IMG/VR virus record: IMGVR_UViG_3300024309_000094
Location: 1-36,446 of that record
DNA length: 36,446 nucleotides
Direction: 5' to 3' (one strand)
Origin: a virus
Lineage: Duplodnaviria > Caudoviricetes
The translations under genes and the position numbers were made by a program. Of the stretch, positions 1 through 9,328 are shown piece after piece. Under the pieces are notes generated by a model that was not told the origin of the DNA, searched no databases, and saw only the letters and a program-made list of their open reading frames with translations. Each line of letters starts with the position of its first letter. The stretch's first letter is position 1.

Positions 1-771
1 TCAGGCCGGCTCGAAGATCACGTCGTGCGGCGGCAGCTTCTTCATTTCACGATAGCCCAATTCCGCCATTTTTTCGACGCCGGGCTCATATTCACCATAT
101 TTCGGGCGAAGCTCCAGCCAGATCAGCGGCTTGCAGCGGCGCAGCGTTTCACGGGCACCGTCCAGAACCTGAAGGTGCATCCCCTCCACGTCGATCTTGA
201 GGAAATCGAGCTTGTCAAGGCCAAAGCTGTCGATTGATACGATCTCGTAGACGCCATCATCTTCCGGTTTTACGACGGTGTTGCCCAGATTGGTTTGCGA
301 CTGGCGAACAAGGTTGGCATATCCCGCCTTTGCCCCCAGGCCGACATTGTGCGCCGTCACGCCGTGCAATCCGTTCACCTCAATATTCTTCGCGAGAATA
401 CTGTATGTCTGCTTCATCACTTCGACCGAAATGACCTTCGCGGCGCGACAGATTTTCGAAAAAAACACAGTGTGGTTGCCGATATTGGCACCGGCGTCAA
501 AAACTACCGAATCCGGGCCGATCAACGGAATGATCTGACGAAGGTGACGTTCTTCATAGAATGTCTTCCTGGCCGCCACGCCCGCCTGGATGCGATCGAC
601 ATCAGCATAGGGTAAATACATCTTAACATGCTTATCGTTATAGATGAAATCAACGATCTTTTCTGGACCAAGCGCAATATAACGAAGAATCCTGTTATTC
701 TCTTCCAATTGCTTAGACAGAGCCTTCAACTCTACTTCGGCATCCGATAAAGTAGAAATGCTATCCACCAT
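1..771 (-). CDS. FkbM-family SAM-dependent methyltransferase (cargo gene)
   Basis: Motifs VFDAGANIGNHT, VISVE and LDFLKIDVEGMHLQVLDGA; start moved to MVDSIS at 771, which follows an AGGAG RBS; 5' part visibly AT-richer than the core genes. Confidence 0.88.
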   Translation of the reverse strand: MVDSISTLSDAEVELKALSKQLEENNRILRYIALGPEKIVDFIYNDKHVKMYLPYADVDRIQAGVAARKTFYEERHLRQIIPLIGPDSVVFDAGANIGNHTVFFSKICRAAKVISVEVMKQTYSILAKNIEVNGLHGVTAHNVGLGAKAGYANLVRQSQTNLGNTVVKPEDDGVYEIVSIDSFGLDKLDFLKIDVEGMHLQVLDGARETLRRCKPLIWLELRPKYGEYEPGVEKMAELGYREMKKLPPHDVIFEPA

Positions 772-794
772 TAATTCTCCTGTGCACCAATGAA

Positions 795-823
795 AGCTTA
801 TCAAGCCGGTACGGCGGCCACAA
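795..823 (-). promoter_or_regulatory. Putative sigma70 promoter for the methyltransferase
   Basis: Minus strand TTGTGG-N17-TAAGCT upstream of the RBS. Confidence 0.45.
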
Positions 824-1032
824 GGTCATTTTTGGTCAGGATAGTCACACAAATGCAACAGTTGACCTGAGTTATTCACCACGGGTAGGCGCGAAGGGTT
901 AGCGGGAGTGGCATAAGCTTCTGATCTGAATTAGGAACTGGGGCGTCTAAGCCGAACCTTCGCCCTGGTTGATCCGAGCGGGGCGGCCAGGGTGGCCGAT
1001 TGGTAGCGCGGTCATCCCCGTTCGGGAATAGA

Positions 1033-2091
1033 TCAGGCCTGAGGGGCGCGCTCCCGCTGACGGAAGCGCACGACCTCAAGGCCCAGAACCTCGTTCAATT
1101 CCAAAAACACCGCCTGCAGCGGCTCGATCTCCAGTTCGAAGAATGCGTCGGTCGCCTTGGTGACATCACCGAAGCCGCCGGCGTTGGCCGGCACGATGCC
1201 GAGCAGCTGCGGCGGCACGCGATGGGCGGCAAGGACGTCGTCGCGCGTCGTATTCTTGATACCCAGAAAATCATCTTTGGCGCCGACCTCCGCGATCGGC
1301 AGCAGGCGGATCCCGTTTTCCTTCCCATTAGGCGAATGCACGAACAGGTTGCGGAAATTGCCCGGCCCCTTCGATCGCTTGAGCGCCTCGCGCATGGAAT
1401 CGACATCGCCATCGGCAAACTCGCCCGTCGCATAGAGGATATAGCCGGCATGGCTGCCATTCTCGAAATAGCGCCGGCGGAACAGGGTGGCGTTTTCGTT
1501 GAGCAAAGCTGACTGCAGGGCCGACAGATATTCGGGAAGGCCATAGATTTCCTGATTGATGTCGGGCGACATCAGCTGATGCACCGTGCCCGGCTCAAAT
1601 TCGGCTTCCTGCCCGTGCCCCGGCACCCACCAGAAATGGCCAGGCGCCACCCCGCGCCGCGTGAATTTGGCCAGGCACGGATCGAGCCGCAGCAGCCCAC
1701 CCAGGCGATTGCGGATCTCCTGCACATAGGCATTGCCCAGGACGAGATAGTCCTGGACCAGGACGGCGAACTCCCGCCGCGTCAGATAGGGCGTGGGATC
1801 GAGGCTGGCGGCCAGCATGTTGCGCTTGAGAATGATCGCGCTCGAATGATGGGGCGACGCGCGATAGGCGCGCGCCAGGCCATGCAGCGACACCGGCGGC
1901 TCATACCAGCGCTGGTTATGATAGCATTCCAGCATGTCGAGCATCGTCGCGCGGCTCAGCACCGGTTCGGGATCGCCGAAGGTGAAGGCCTGGATCGATG
2001 CCCCCTTCTTATTGTCGTTGGCGGCTACGATCGCGCCATCGGCGGCGGCACGGGCTTCCATGCGGTTCATTCTGCGTGCGCGCTTGCTCAT
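1033..2091 (-). CDS. gpQ: Portal protein, PBSX/P2 gpQ family
   Basis: FTFGDPEPV, WYEPPVS, DINQEIYGLPEYLSAL, FRRRYFENGSHAG and AAHRVPPQLLG motifs. Confidence 0.95.
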   Translation of the reverse strand: MSKRARRMNRMEARAAADGAIVAANDNKKGASIQAFTFGDPEPVLSRATMLDMLECYHNQRWYEPPVSLHGLARAYRASPHHSSAIILKRNMLAASLDPTPYLTRREFAVLVQDYLVLGNAYVQEIRNRLGGLLRLDPCLAKFTRRGVAPGHFWWVPGHGQEAEFEPGTVHQLMSPDINQEIYGLPEYLSALQSALLNENATLFRRRYFENGSHAGYILYATGEFADGDVDSMREALKRSKGPGNFRNLFVHSPNGKENGIRLLPIAEVGAKDDFLGIKNTTRDDVLAAHRVPPQLLGIVPANAGGFGDVTKATDAFFELEIEPLQAVFLELNEVLGLEVVRFRQRERAPQA

Positions 2092-3938
2092 ATGATCTCC
2101 ATCGTGCCCTTGGGCTTTTCCTTGCCGTCGAGCGGCTCATTCATGAGGATGTGCATGGTCGCCCAGGCGAGGTCAGCATGGCCGTCTTCGCCGCCGCGCC
2201 CCGCTTTGAAGGTGACGTTGCGGCCGCTGGTGGTCAGCGTCTTCTTGATCGACACGAAGGCCGAAACGATATCGAGCATGGCCGTATCGATCTTAAGGCG
2301 CCCGCGGCGCACGACATTCTGCGCCTTCATGATCATCTGGGCCTTTAGCTCCAGCGAATATTCGATCTTGGCGACCGTGCAGCCGGGCATGGCGCCATGC
2401 TTGGCCAGCAGCTGATAGACGCCGGCGCCCACGCCCTTGGCGTCGATGCCCAGATAGGTGCAGTGATAGCGGCTCAGCACGGCCTTGATGAATTCGGCCT
2501 GCTGCTCGAAATCGAGCCCGCGCAACTGGTGGCGCTCGAGGATGCGGAAGTCCCCGCCAATCTCCAGCGGCGGCGCGGCAATCACCAGCGCGGCATTATC
2601 GCCTGTCTCGCTTTCCTGCGGATCATAGCCGGCCCAGACCGATCGCAGGCCATAGGGGCGCTCGGCTTCGGGATCGAAATCCTTCCACTCGACCAGGCTG
2701 TCGATGCCGCAGGCGATCATGTCGTTGAACTTGAACGCCGACATGCTGTCATCGACGAAATCGCACATGAACAGGTTGGCGAATTCGTCGGGCGCATATT
2801 CGTCGCGCAGTTCCTCTATATCGAACAGGTCGCAGCCGCCTGCCTGCGCGTCCTCGATATTGACGATGTTGCGCCAGACCCGATCCGGCCCGACGCTGCC
2901 GATCCCCAGCGCGGCATGGCTGACATCGATCTTGATCTGCTCGGATTTCTTGCGCCGGCGATTGCGCCGATCGCCGGTCCAATAGGGATAGGCCGGGTGC
3001 GCGACGCTCGACGGCGTCGAGAAGTAGGTTTTGCGCCACTTCTTGTGCGTCGCCATGCCTGAGGCGACCTTGTTCAACTCCTCGAAGCTGTGGACCCAGA
3101 AGAATTCATCGAAATAGAAATTGCCGTGCCGGCCCTGGGCGGTGCGGAAATTGGTGCCCAGGAAATGCAGTTCGGCCGCCGCTTCCTCGGGCGGGCGCAG
3201 GTCCGACGTGATCAGCATCGGGTCGCCGGTCAGTGCCACGCCGACCAGCTTGGCGAAGCTGACGATATAGGATCGGAACTGGTGCGCCTGCGCCTTGGAG
3301 GCAGACAGGAAGATCTGGTTTCGGCCCGTCTCGATCGCGTCGATCAGCGCTTCGAAGGCGAAGTAATAGGTCGCGCCGATCTGGCGGGACTTGAGGATCA
3401 TGCGCGTGCGCTGATCCTTGGCCTGCCACCAGCGATGTTGATAATCATAGAGGCCGTCGAGGAAGATGCGCTTGAGCTCTTCCGCCTGCTCGGCCGTGAA
3501 ATGGTTCTTCTTCGCCTTCTTGCGGGGCCCGGCGTTGCGATTGGCGACCTTGTCGTTGAGGTCGCCGGCATGTCCGCCGGGCGCCTCATAGCGGCGGACC
3601 TTGGCCAGGCTCTCGATCGACCGATTGAACGCGTCCATCTCGACATAGTCGGCGGGCGTCTTCCTTTCCTTGGCGATCAGGGTCAGCAGCCGGATTTCCA
3701 GCCCGTCTTCGATTTTGCGGATCGAGGGCGCATCGTCCCACCGGTCGCGCTGTTTCCAGGCCTCGATCGTCGCGCGCGGGATCGGCCCGCCCTTGTCGTT
3801 GACGACCCCATGCAGCGCGAATTCCTCCGCGATCTGCGTCACGCCCCATCCGCGCCAGTACAGGCTGCGCGCATGCCGACGCGGATCATACTGCCACAGG
3901 ACAGACGGCGCGCCGGGCTGGGGGGATTGGCTGGTCAT
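2088..3938 (-). CDS. gpP: Terminase large (ATPase) subunit, P2 gpP
   Basis: N-terminal HTH (ARSLYWRGW...WKQRDRWD), Walker A-like LKSRQIGAT, Walker B FYFDEFFW, nuclease GYDP and HADLAWA; start set at ATG 3938 because the longer ORF runs into the regulatory palindrome. Confidence 0.95.
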   Translation of the reverse strand: MTSQSPQPGAPSVLWQYDPRRHARSLYWRGWGVTQIAEEFALHGVVNDKGGPIPRATIEAWKQRDRWDDAPSIRKIEDGLEIRLLTLIAKERKTPADYVEMDAFNRSIESLAKVRRYEAPGGHAGDLNDKVANRNAGPRKKAKKNHFTAEQAEELKRIFLDGLYDYQHRWWQAKDQRTRMILKSRQIGATYYFAFEALIDAIETGRNQIFLSASKAQAHQFRSYIVSFAKLVGVALTGDPMLITSDLRPPEEAAAELHFLGTNFRTAQGRHGNFYFDEFFWVHSFEELNKVASGMATHKKWRKTYFSTPSSVAHPAYPYWTGDRRNRRRKKSEQIKIDVSHAALGIGSVGPDRVWRNIVNIEDAQAGGCDLFDIEELRDEYAPDEFANLFMCDFVDDSMSAFKFNDMIACGIDSLVEWKDFDPEAERPYGLRSVWAGYDPQESETGDNAALVIAAPPLEIGGDFRILERHQLRGLDFEQQAEFIKAVLSRYHCTYLGIDAKGVGAGVYQLLAKHGAMPGCTVAKIEYSLELKAQMIMKAQNVVRRGRLKIDTAMLDIVSAFVSIKKTLTTSGRNVTFKAGRGGEDGHADLAWATMHILMNEPLDGKEKPKGTMEII

Positions 3939-3982
3939 CGGGGCGGACCATGCCGCGCCGATCATCGCTACCGCACTGCCCT

Positions 3983-4011
3983 CCATATGGAGAGGCCGCC
4001 TCTCCATATGG
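3983..4011. promoter_or_regulatory. Perfect palindrome, copy 1; putative late-activator (Ogr) site between divergent P and O
   Basis: CCATATGGAGAGGC-C-GCCTCTCCATATGG; same core at 11131 and 20178. Confidence 0.75.
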
Positions 4012-4101
4012 TCCGCCTTGAGATGCAGCCGCTTCGGTTCCTTTCTGGCTCCCGATGATCAGGGGCACCGCGCCCCGCAACCACGGGAACCGGAACCGAC
4101 C

Positions 4102-4911
4102 ATGGCCAAGAGCAAATTTTTCCGCGTCGCAGTCGAGGGCGCAACCGTCGATGGCCGCGTGATCCAGCGCGAATGGCTGGAACAATGCGCCGCCGGCTAT
4201 AACCCGGCCACCTATGCCGCGCGCATCAATTGCGAGCATATTGCCGGCTACAGCCCCGACAAGCCGTTCAACGCCTATGGCACCGTCGCCTCGCTCAAGA
4301 CGGAAGAGGTGACGCTCAGCATCAACGGCGAAAACAAGGTTCTGCTGGGCCTCTATGCCGAAATCGAGGCCAATGATCAGCTGATCGCGATCAACAAGGC
4401 CGGGCAAAAGCTGTTCACCAGCTGCGAAATCCATCCCGACTTCGCCGGCGAGGGCAAGGCCTATCTGGTCGGCCTGGCCGTCACCGATCAGCCCGCGTCG
4501 CTCGGCACCGAACCCCTGAAGTTCGCCGCGCAGTCGCGTCCCAACCTCTTCACCACCGCGCACGAAACCCAGATCGATATCCTGTCCGCACCGATCGACA
4601 GCGACGCGATCGGCAAGAGCATCGGCGAATCCATCATGGCCTTCTTCAAGAAGAAGGAAGAGCCCGCCGCGCCGCCGCCGCCTCCCCCGGCCAACGACAA
4701 CAGCTTCGATGCCCAGGCCTTCGCCACTGCCTTTGGCGACAGCGTCGCCAAGCAGATCGCCGCTGCCACCAAGCCCGCCAATGATGCTGTCGCCGCGATC
4801 CAGTCTGACATGACTGCGCTGCGCGCCCAGCTGGCTGGATCGCCCCAGCCCCAGACCTTCCATCGGCCGCCGGCCTCGGGCGGCGCGGGCGCGATCGTCA
4901 CCGACTGCTGA
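4102..4911 (+). CDS. gpO: Capsid scaffolding protein, P2 gpO
   Basis: MAKSKFFRVAVEGATVDGRVI, ARINCEH, YLVGLAVTDQPASLGTE and C-terminal TDC. Confidence 0.95.
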   Translation: MAKSKFFRVAVEGATVDGRVIQREWLEQCAAGYNPATYAARINCEHIAGYSPDKPFNAYGTVASLKTEEVTLSINGENKVLLGLYAEIEANDQLIAINKAGQKLFTSCEIHPDFAGEGKAYLVGLAVTDQPASLGTEPLKFAAQSRPNLFTTAHETQIDILSAPIDSDAIGKSIGESIMAFFKKKEEPAAPPPPPPANDNSFDAQAFATAFGDSVAKQIAAATKPANDAVAAIQSDMTALRAQLAGSPQPQTFHRPPASGGAGAIVTDC

Positions 4912-4965
4912 TCAGCACAGCGCAGCCACCTCTTCCCCGATATCGCCCCCAGGAGCCCTTCATCC

Positions 4966-6048
4966 ATGCGCAACGAAACCCGCAAGCTCTTCAAAGCCTA
5001 TGTCAGCCAGATCGCGCTGGTGAACGGCGTCGAGGACGCCACCGTCAAATTCAGCGTCGCCCCGGTGGTCGAACAGAAGCTGGAAGAGAAAATCCAGGAG
5101 TCGAGCGACTTCCTGCAGCAGATCAACATCGTCGGTGTTCCCGCGCAACAGGGTGACAAGGTCGGCGTCACCGTCACCCGTCCGCTGGCAAGCCGCACCA
5201 ACACCGCCGGCGGCAATCGCCGCACCCCCGGCGATCCGACCGACACCACGGATGATGGCGGCTACCACTGCCGCCAGACCAACTTCGATCATGCGATCCG
5301 CTATTCGAAGCTCGACGCCTGGCGCCATCGCCCCGAATTCCAGACGCTGCTGCGCGACGTGATCCTGAAACAGCAGGGCCGCGACCGTATCATGATCGGC
5401 TTCAACGGCACGTCCGTCGCGCCGCAAACCGATATCGCGGCCAATCCGCTGCTGCAGGACGTCAATGAGGGCTGGCTGCACAAGATCCGCACCCATGCCC
5501 CGGAACGCGTGCTGGACGATGGCGCCCTTACCGATGGCGCCACCAAGGCCATCTATGTCGCCGCCGGCGGCGAGGTGGTCGACCAGGACGCCACCAATAT
5601 CGACACGGCCGATGCCGACTACGCCAACCTCGACGCGCTTGCCTTCGACATGCTCGACCTGCTCGATCCCTGGCACCGCAGCGATACCGACCTGGTCGTC
5701 ATCGTCGGCTGGAAGCTGGTGAAGGACAAATATCAGAACCTGCTGCAGGCGGCCGGCGATACCGCCACCGAACGGGAAGCCGCGCACCGCATCCTGACCC
5801 TGCCCAAGCAGATGGCGGGCAAGCGCGCGGTGATCGTACCCTTCTTCCCCGAAGACGCGATCCTGATCACCAGCCTCGATAACCTCTCCATCTATTGGCA
5901 GGAGGAAACCCGCCGCCGCCAGATCAAGGATGAGCCGGCGCTCGACCAGATCGAGAATTATGAGAGCGTCAACGAAGACTATGTGGTCGAGGATTACGGC
6001 CGCACCGCCTTCGCGCAGAACATCGTAATGGGCAAGAAGCCGGCCTGA
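4966..6048 (+). CDS. gpN: Major capsid protein, P2 gpN
   Basis: MRNETRKLF, QTNFDHAIRYSKLDAW, DRIMIGFNGTS, NPLLQDVNEGWL and YESVNEDYVVEDY. Confidence 0.96.
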   Translation: MRNETRKLFKAYVSQIALVNGVEDATVKFSVAPVVEQKLEEKIQESSDFLQQINIVGVPAQQGDKVGVTVTRPLASRTNTAGGNRRTPGDPTDTTDDGGYHCRQTNFDHAIRYSKLDAWRHRPEFQTLLRDVILKQQGRDRIMIGFNGTSVAPQTDIAANPLLQDVNEGWLHKIRTHAPERVLDDGALTDGATKAIYVAAGGEVVDQDATNIDTADADYANLDALAFDMLDLLDPWHRSDTDLVVIVGWKLVKDKYQNLLQAAGDTATEREAAHRILTLPKQMAGKRAVIVPFFPEDAILITSLDNLSIYWQEETRRRQIKDEPALDQIENYESVNEDYVVEDYGRTAFAQNIVMGKKPA

Positions 6049-6096
6049 TCCGGCTTTCCCATCCCCCCTATCCTCCCCACCTGACAGGACACGCAC

Positions 6097-6897
6097 ATGA
6101 GCCTTGCTCGCCGTCACAAGGAACGCATCCTTGCTGCCCAAAGCGCTGCGTCTGCTCCCAATGGTGGGGCGGCCGCTGCCCCCGCCACGACTCTCCCGGC
6201 GGGGGCAGCCAAGCCCTCTCAGGCCGACATTGCCGCGCGCCAGATCGGGCTGCGCCTCACCCATGATCTACGCCGGCTGAAGGAAATCCGCTCGATCGAC
6301 ATGAAGATCGCGGCGAAGCGGGAGATGATCCCGGAATATCGCGACTGGGTGAAAGGCCTGCTGGAAGCCGATGCCGGCGTCGGCACGGGTCTCGCCGCCG
6401 AAGTCCTGCCGACCATGATGGTCTGGTGCATCGACATTGGCGAATATCATGACGGGCTGGACCTGGCCGAATTTGCCCTGCGCCATCATGTCGCGATGCC
6501 GGCGCGCTATCAGCGCGACGCTGCGACCATCATCGTCGAGGAAATCGCCGACGCGGCGCTCAAGGTCCAGGGCCTGGGCGAACCGTTCCCGCCCGACATC
6601 CTCGTTCGTGTCGAGGGACTGACCGCCCATATCGACCTGCATGATCAGGTCCGGGCCAAGCTGATGAAGGCGATCGGCATCGAGCATCTGCGCGACGCCG
6701 AAGAGATGGAAGCCACGGCCGCCCTGCCCCGGCTGCAGGCGGCACTGACCAGCCTCAACGAAGCCCAGCGTTTGAATGCGCGCGTGGGCGTGAAGGACAA
6801 GATCAAGCGGGCGGCCAAGCTGCAGGCGGCCACCCTCGCCGCGCTTGCCCCGACCGATGAAAGCGGCGCCGCGCCTGATCAGGGCACCGGCGCCTGA
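6097..6897 (+). CDS. gpM: Terminase small (endonuclease) subunit, P2 gpM
   Basis: MSLARRH, DLRRLKEIRS, MVWCIDIG, DQVRAKLMKAIG and VGVKDKI motifs; position after N. Confidence 0.92.
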   Translation: MSLARRHKERILAAQSAASAPNGGAAAAPATTLPAGAAKPSQADIAARQIGLRLTHDLRRLKEIRSIDMKIAAKREMIPEYRDWVKGLLEADAGVGTGLAAEVLPTMMVWCIDIGEYHDGLDLAEFALRHHVAMPARYQRDAATIIVEEIADAALKVQGLGEPFPPDILVRVEGLTAHIDLHDQVRAKLMKAIGIEHLRDAEEMEATAALPRLQAALTSLNEAQRLNARVGVKDKIKRAAKLQAATLAALAPTDESGAAPDQGTGA

Positions 6898-6903
6898 CAA
6901 GCT

Positions 6904-6999
6904 CGCCCCCGGCGCTCAGGGGCGGATCGCGCGATGCGGGAAGGCCTTCGGGCCACAGGGCCGCACCGGACCCGATCCCCACCCCTGTAAGCCGGGGCG
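6904..6999 (+). other. Long multi-stem RNA hairpin capped by a cUUCGg tetraloop
   Basis: Nested pairings CGCCCC(C)GGC/GCCGGGGCG, CAGGGG/CCCCTG, GGATCG/CGATCC, TGCGG/CCGCA and GGCC-TTCG-GGCC. Confidence 0.7.
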
Positions 7000-7011
7000 C
7001 AGGATAAGGAC

Positions 7012-7284
7012 ATGACGATGCCCATCATTGCTCTGATCGCGACCGCGCTGGTCCTGGCGATCGTCATGGTCATCATGGCCATTGATATCCGCCTGATCTT
7101 CGAGCGGATCACGATATTTCGCCGCATCATCGGCGAATATCCGCTCCCACTGCGCCGCCTCTTCTGGCGCCAGTTCGTCTGGATCGGATTTCCCTATGGC
7201 CATCTGATCAGCCTCATCTTCTGGCTGTTGATCGCCTTCCCCACCGCCTGCCAGCTGGCGCGCCTTGCGATGGCGCCGGCATGA
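7012..7284 (+). CDS. Small two-transmembrane hypothetical protein
   Basis: AAGGA RBS, two hydrophobic segments, ATGA overlap with gpL. Confidence 0.7.
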   Translation: MTMPIIALIATALVLAIVMVIMAIDIRLIFERITIFRRIIGEYPLPLRRLFWRQFVWIGFPYGHLISLIFWLLIAFPTACQLARLAMAPA

Positions 7285-7763
7285 GTTTCGTTGCCCTTCC
7301 CCCCGAAGCCGATCTGGAACCGACGCCGGAGAATGAACCAACCGTCACCAATGATGGCTTCTTCCCCGATATCGATCCGCTTGCTGTCCGCGCGGCTCAA
7401 CGCGTTCCCTCCAGCGTCACGGCCGCGCGCCTACGCGCCGCAATCCTGGGCGCGATGATGACCGCGCGCATCGATCTTGTCGCCTTCGCATCATCTGCCC
7501 AGGCCGCCGGCCACGCCCGGCTGCAGGATATGCCAGGCCCGCAGCTGGACGGCATCAGCATTCGCGTCCTCGCCTATGGCCGCGCCATCGGCCTCTATGC
7601 CAAGGCCGAACTGATCGAGCGGCATCGCGATTTCGACACCACCAGTGCCGGCGCAAACCAGGCGAGCGAACTGGAAGGCTCGATCGGCGAACTGCGCCGC
7701 GATGCCCAGCACGCCCTGCGCGACCTCAAGGGGATCGGTCGCACCATCGTGGACCTCATCTGA
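7281..7763 (+). CDS. gpL: Head completion/stabilisation protein, P2 gpL
   Basis: VTNDGFFPDID, AELIERHRDFDTT and C-terminal RTIVDLI. Confidence 0.92.
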   Translation: MSFVALPPEADLEPTPENEPTVTNDGFFPDIDPLAVRAAQRVPSSVTAARLRAAILGAMMTARIDLVAFASSAQAAGHARLQDMPGPQLDGISIRVLAYGRAIGLYAKAELIERHRDFDTTSAGANQASELEGSIGELRRDAQHALRDLKGIGRTIVDLI

Positions 7764-7987
7764 TGGCCAGCGCGCAGCAGCTAACCGCACGGCAGGGCGA
7801 TACGCTCGACCAGCTGCTGTGGCGTGATGCCGGGCTTGGCCCCGATCATCTGACCCGCATTCTCGATGCCAATCCCGGCCTTGCCGATCTTGGCACCATC
7901 CTGCCGCTCGGCACGCTTGTGACCGTCCCGGCAACCTCCGCCAGCACCGCCACCGGCGTGCGCACCATCACGCAACTTTGGGACTGA
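7763..7987 (+). CDS. gpX: Tail protein X (LysM-like)
   Basis: ARQGDTLDQLLWR, ILDANPGLADLG..LPLGT and QLWD. Confidence 0.93.
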   Translation: MASAQQLTARQGDTLDQLLWRDAGLGPDHLTRILDANPGLADLGTILPLGTLVTVPATSASTATGVRTITQLWD

Positions 7988-7990
7988 TCC

Positions 7991-8323
7991 ATGGACCTGC
8001 GCACCTTATTTGAAACCGGCGCCGACCTTGTCGGGTCGCTCACCCCCTCGCTGATCGGCTCGGCCGTCGCCCAGGCATGGAAACCGGCCCTGCCGCTCCA
8101 TCAGCGCTTCGTGCAATGGGTGGTCGGCTCGACCGTCAGCTATTACGCGACGATCGGAATCATCGCCGTGACGGGCTGGAATGGCTTTGTCGCCCAGTCG
8201 ATCGCCTTCGCCATCGCCCTTGTCGCCTTCGACGCGACCCCGCGCGTCCTGCGCGCCGTCTCCGACATTCTCGCCGGCCTGCCCGCGCGCCTGGCTGACC
8301 GCTATCTGCCCAAGGGGGACTGA
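7991..8323 (+). CDS. Putative holin
   Basis: 110 aa with 2-3 hydrophobic segments and a charged C-terminus; immediately upstream of the endolysin. Confidence 0.65.
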   Translation: MDLRTLFETGADLVGSLTPSLIGSAVAQAWKPALPLHQRFVQWVVGSTVSYYATIGIIAVTGWNGFVAQSIAFAIALVAFDATPRVLRAVSDILAGLPARLADRYLPKGD

Positions 8324-8326
8324 TCC

Positions 8327-8812
8327 ATGAGCATGTTCGATCGCGCTGCCCTCATCACCGAACTGGTCCGTGATGAAGGCGAGCGCCTGAAAGTCTATCG
8401 CTGCACCGCCAATCGCCGCACGATCGGCGTTGGCCGCAATCTTGACGATGTCGGTATCAGCGCAAGCGAAACCACCCGGCTTGGCATCACGGTTGCCAGC
8501 TGCGTCGCGTCGGGCATTACCCGCGAGCAATCCCGTGCGTTGCTCGACAATGACGTTCGCCGCTGCGAAGCTGATCTGGATCGTCGTCTGTCCTGGTGGC
8601 GCGCGATCGATGCAGTGCGCCAGCGTGTTCTGGTCAACATGTGCTTCAATCTGGGCATCACGGGCCTGCTGGGCTTCGTCAACACCCTCGCGATGATCAA
8701 GGCCGGACGCTACAGCGATGCGGCCACGAACATGCTCAAATCCAAATGGGCTGGCCAGGTCGGGAAACGCGCATCGCGCCTGTCCGACATGATGCGGACG
8801 GGTCGCGCATGA
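8327..8812 (+). CDS. Endolysin, T4-lysozyme-like (GH24)
   Basis: DEGERLKVYRCTANRRTIGVGRNL (E-x8-C-x5-T), LVNMCFNLG and MLKSKWAGQVGKRA. Confidence 0.9.
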   Translation: MSMFDRAALITELVRDEGERLKVYRCTANRRTIGVGRNLDDVGISASETTRLGITVASCVASGITREQSRALLDNDVRRCEADLDRRLSWWRAIDAVRQRVLVNMCFNLGITGLLGFVNTLAMIKAGRYSDAATNMLKSKWAGQVGKRASRLSDMMRTGRA

Positions 8813-9204
8813 CGATCGCCCGATCGCGCGCCGCCCTCGCCGCCTGTCTGATCGGCATCGCCGGCTTCGCCTATGGCGTCCATGTCGGCAGCGCTCAGGA
8901 ACAGGCAACGCAGAAGCGCGCGGACGATGCCCGCGAGGCCGAAAGGGCCAAGCTGCAGGCGCAGATCGATGCGTCCGCGCAGCAGCACCAGGCCGCCGAA
9001 TATGCCCGGCAGGGCGCAGTCAGGGAAATCTACCATGAAAGCCAGAAGGTCATTGATCGGCCGGTCTATCGCAATGTCTGCCTTGATGCTGATGGCGTCG
9101 GCCTGCTCGACCGCGCCGCCGCCACGGCCAACGGCGAACCTGTCGCCCTCGCTGCTGGCGCCGCCGCCGCGCCTGCCGATGGTCCAGCGCAGCCCCAGCG
9201 GTGA
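8809..9204 (+). CDS. Inner-membrane spanin (Rz-like)
   Basis: N-terminal TM, alanine/glutamine-rich coiled coil, C-terminal PVYRNVCLD; ATGA overlap with the endolysin. Confidence 0.75.
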   Translation: MTIARSRAALAACLIGIAGFAYGVHVGSAQEQATQKRADDAREAERAKLQAQIDASAQQHQAAEYARQGAVREIYHESQKVIDRPVYRNVCLDADGVGLLDRAAATANGEPVALAAGAAAAPADGPAQPQR

Positions 9205-9325
9205 AATGACCGGCGGCCAATGCCATGGCAGCCTGGCCGCGCTCTACGATGTCGCCGGCCAGATTCGCGCGACGCTGGTCGAACTGCAGGGCCAGGTGCG
9301 CGCCGGCGCCTGCGCGGGGCGCTGA
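9035..9325 (+). CDS. Outer-membrane spanin lipoprotein (Rz1-like), overlapping the i-spanin in another frame
   Basis: MKARRSLIGRSIAMSALMLMASA-C signal peptide and lipobox, followed by a proline-rich segment. Confidence 0.75.
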   Translation: MKARRSLIGRSIAMSALMLMASACSTAPPPRPTANLSPSLLAPPPRLPMVQRSPSGEMTGGQCHGSLAALYDVAGQIRATLVELQGQVRAGACAGR

Positions 9326-9328
9326 CCC

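Noticed and set aside
805-1032. cos or att site near the portal end
   Set aside because: No match to the P2 cos sequence and no direct repeat shared with the other end; the window is clipped at gene boundaries
3939-4007. N-terminal extension MERRPLHM.. of the terminase, and similar MERxPLHM peptides in ORFs near 11134 and 20190
   Set aside because: These are translations of the palindromic DNA motif, not a protein repeat
3670-4101. Long N-terminal extension of the scaffold ORF
   Set aside because: It overlaps the terminase on the opposite strand; the gpO signature starts at MAKSKFF (4102)
6037-6057. Intrinsic terminator after the capsid gene (AAGCCGG-cctgat-CCGGCTT)
   Set aside because: Short stem overlapping the stop codon with only three T residues; at most a weak attenuator
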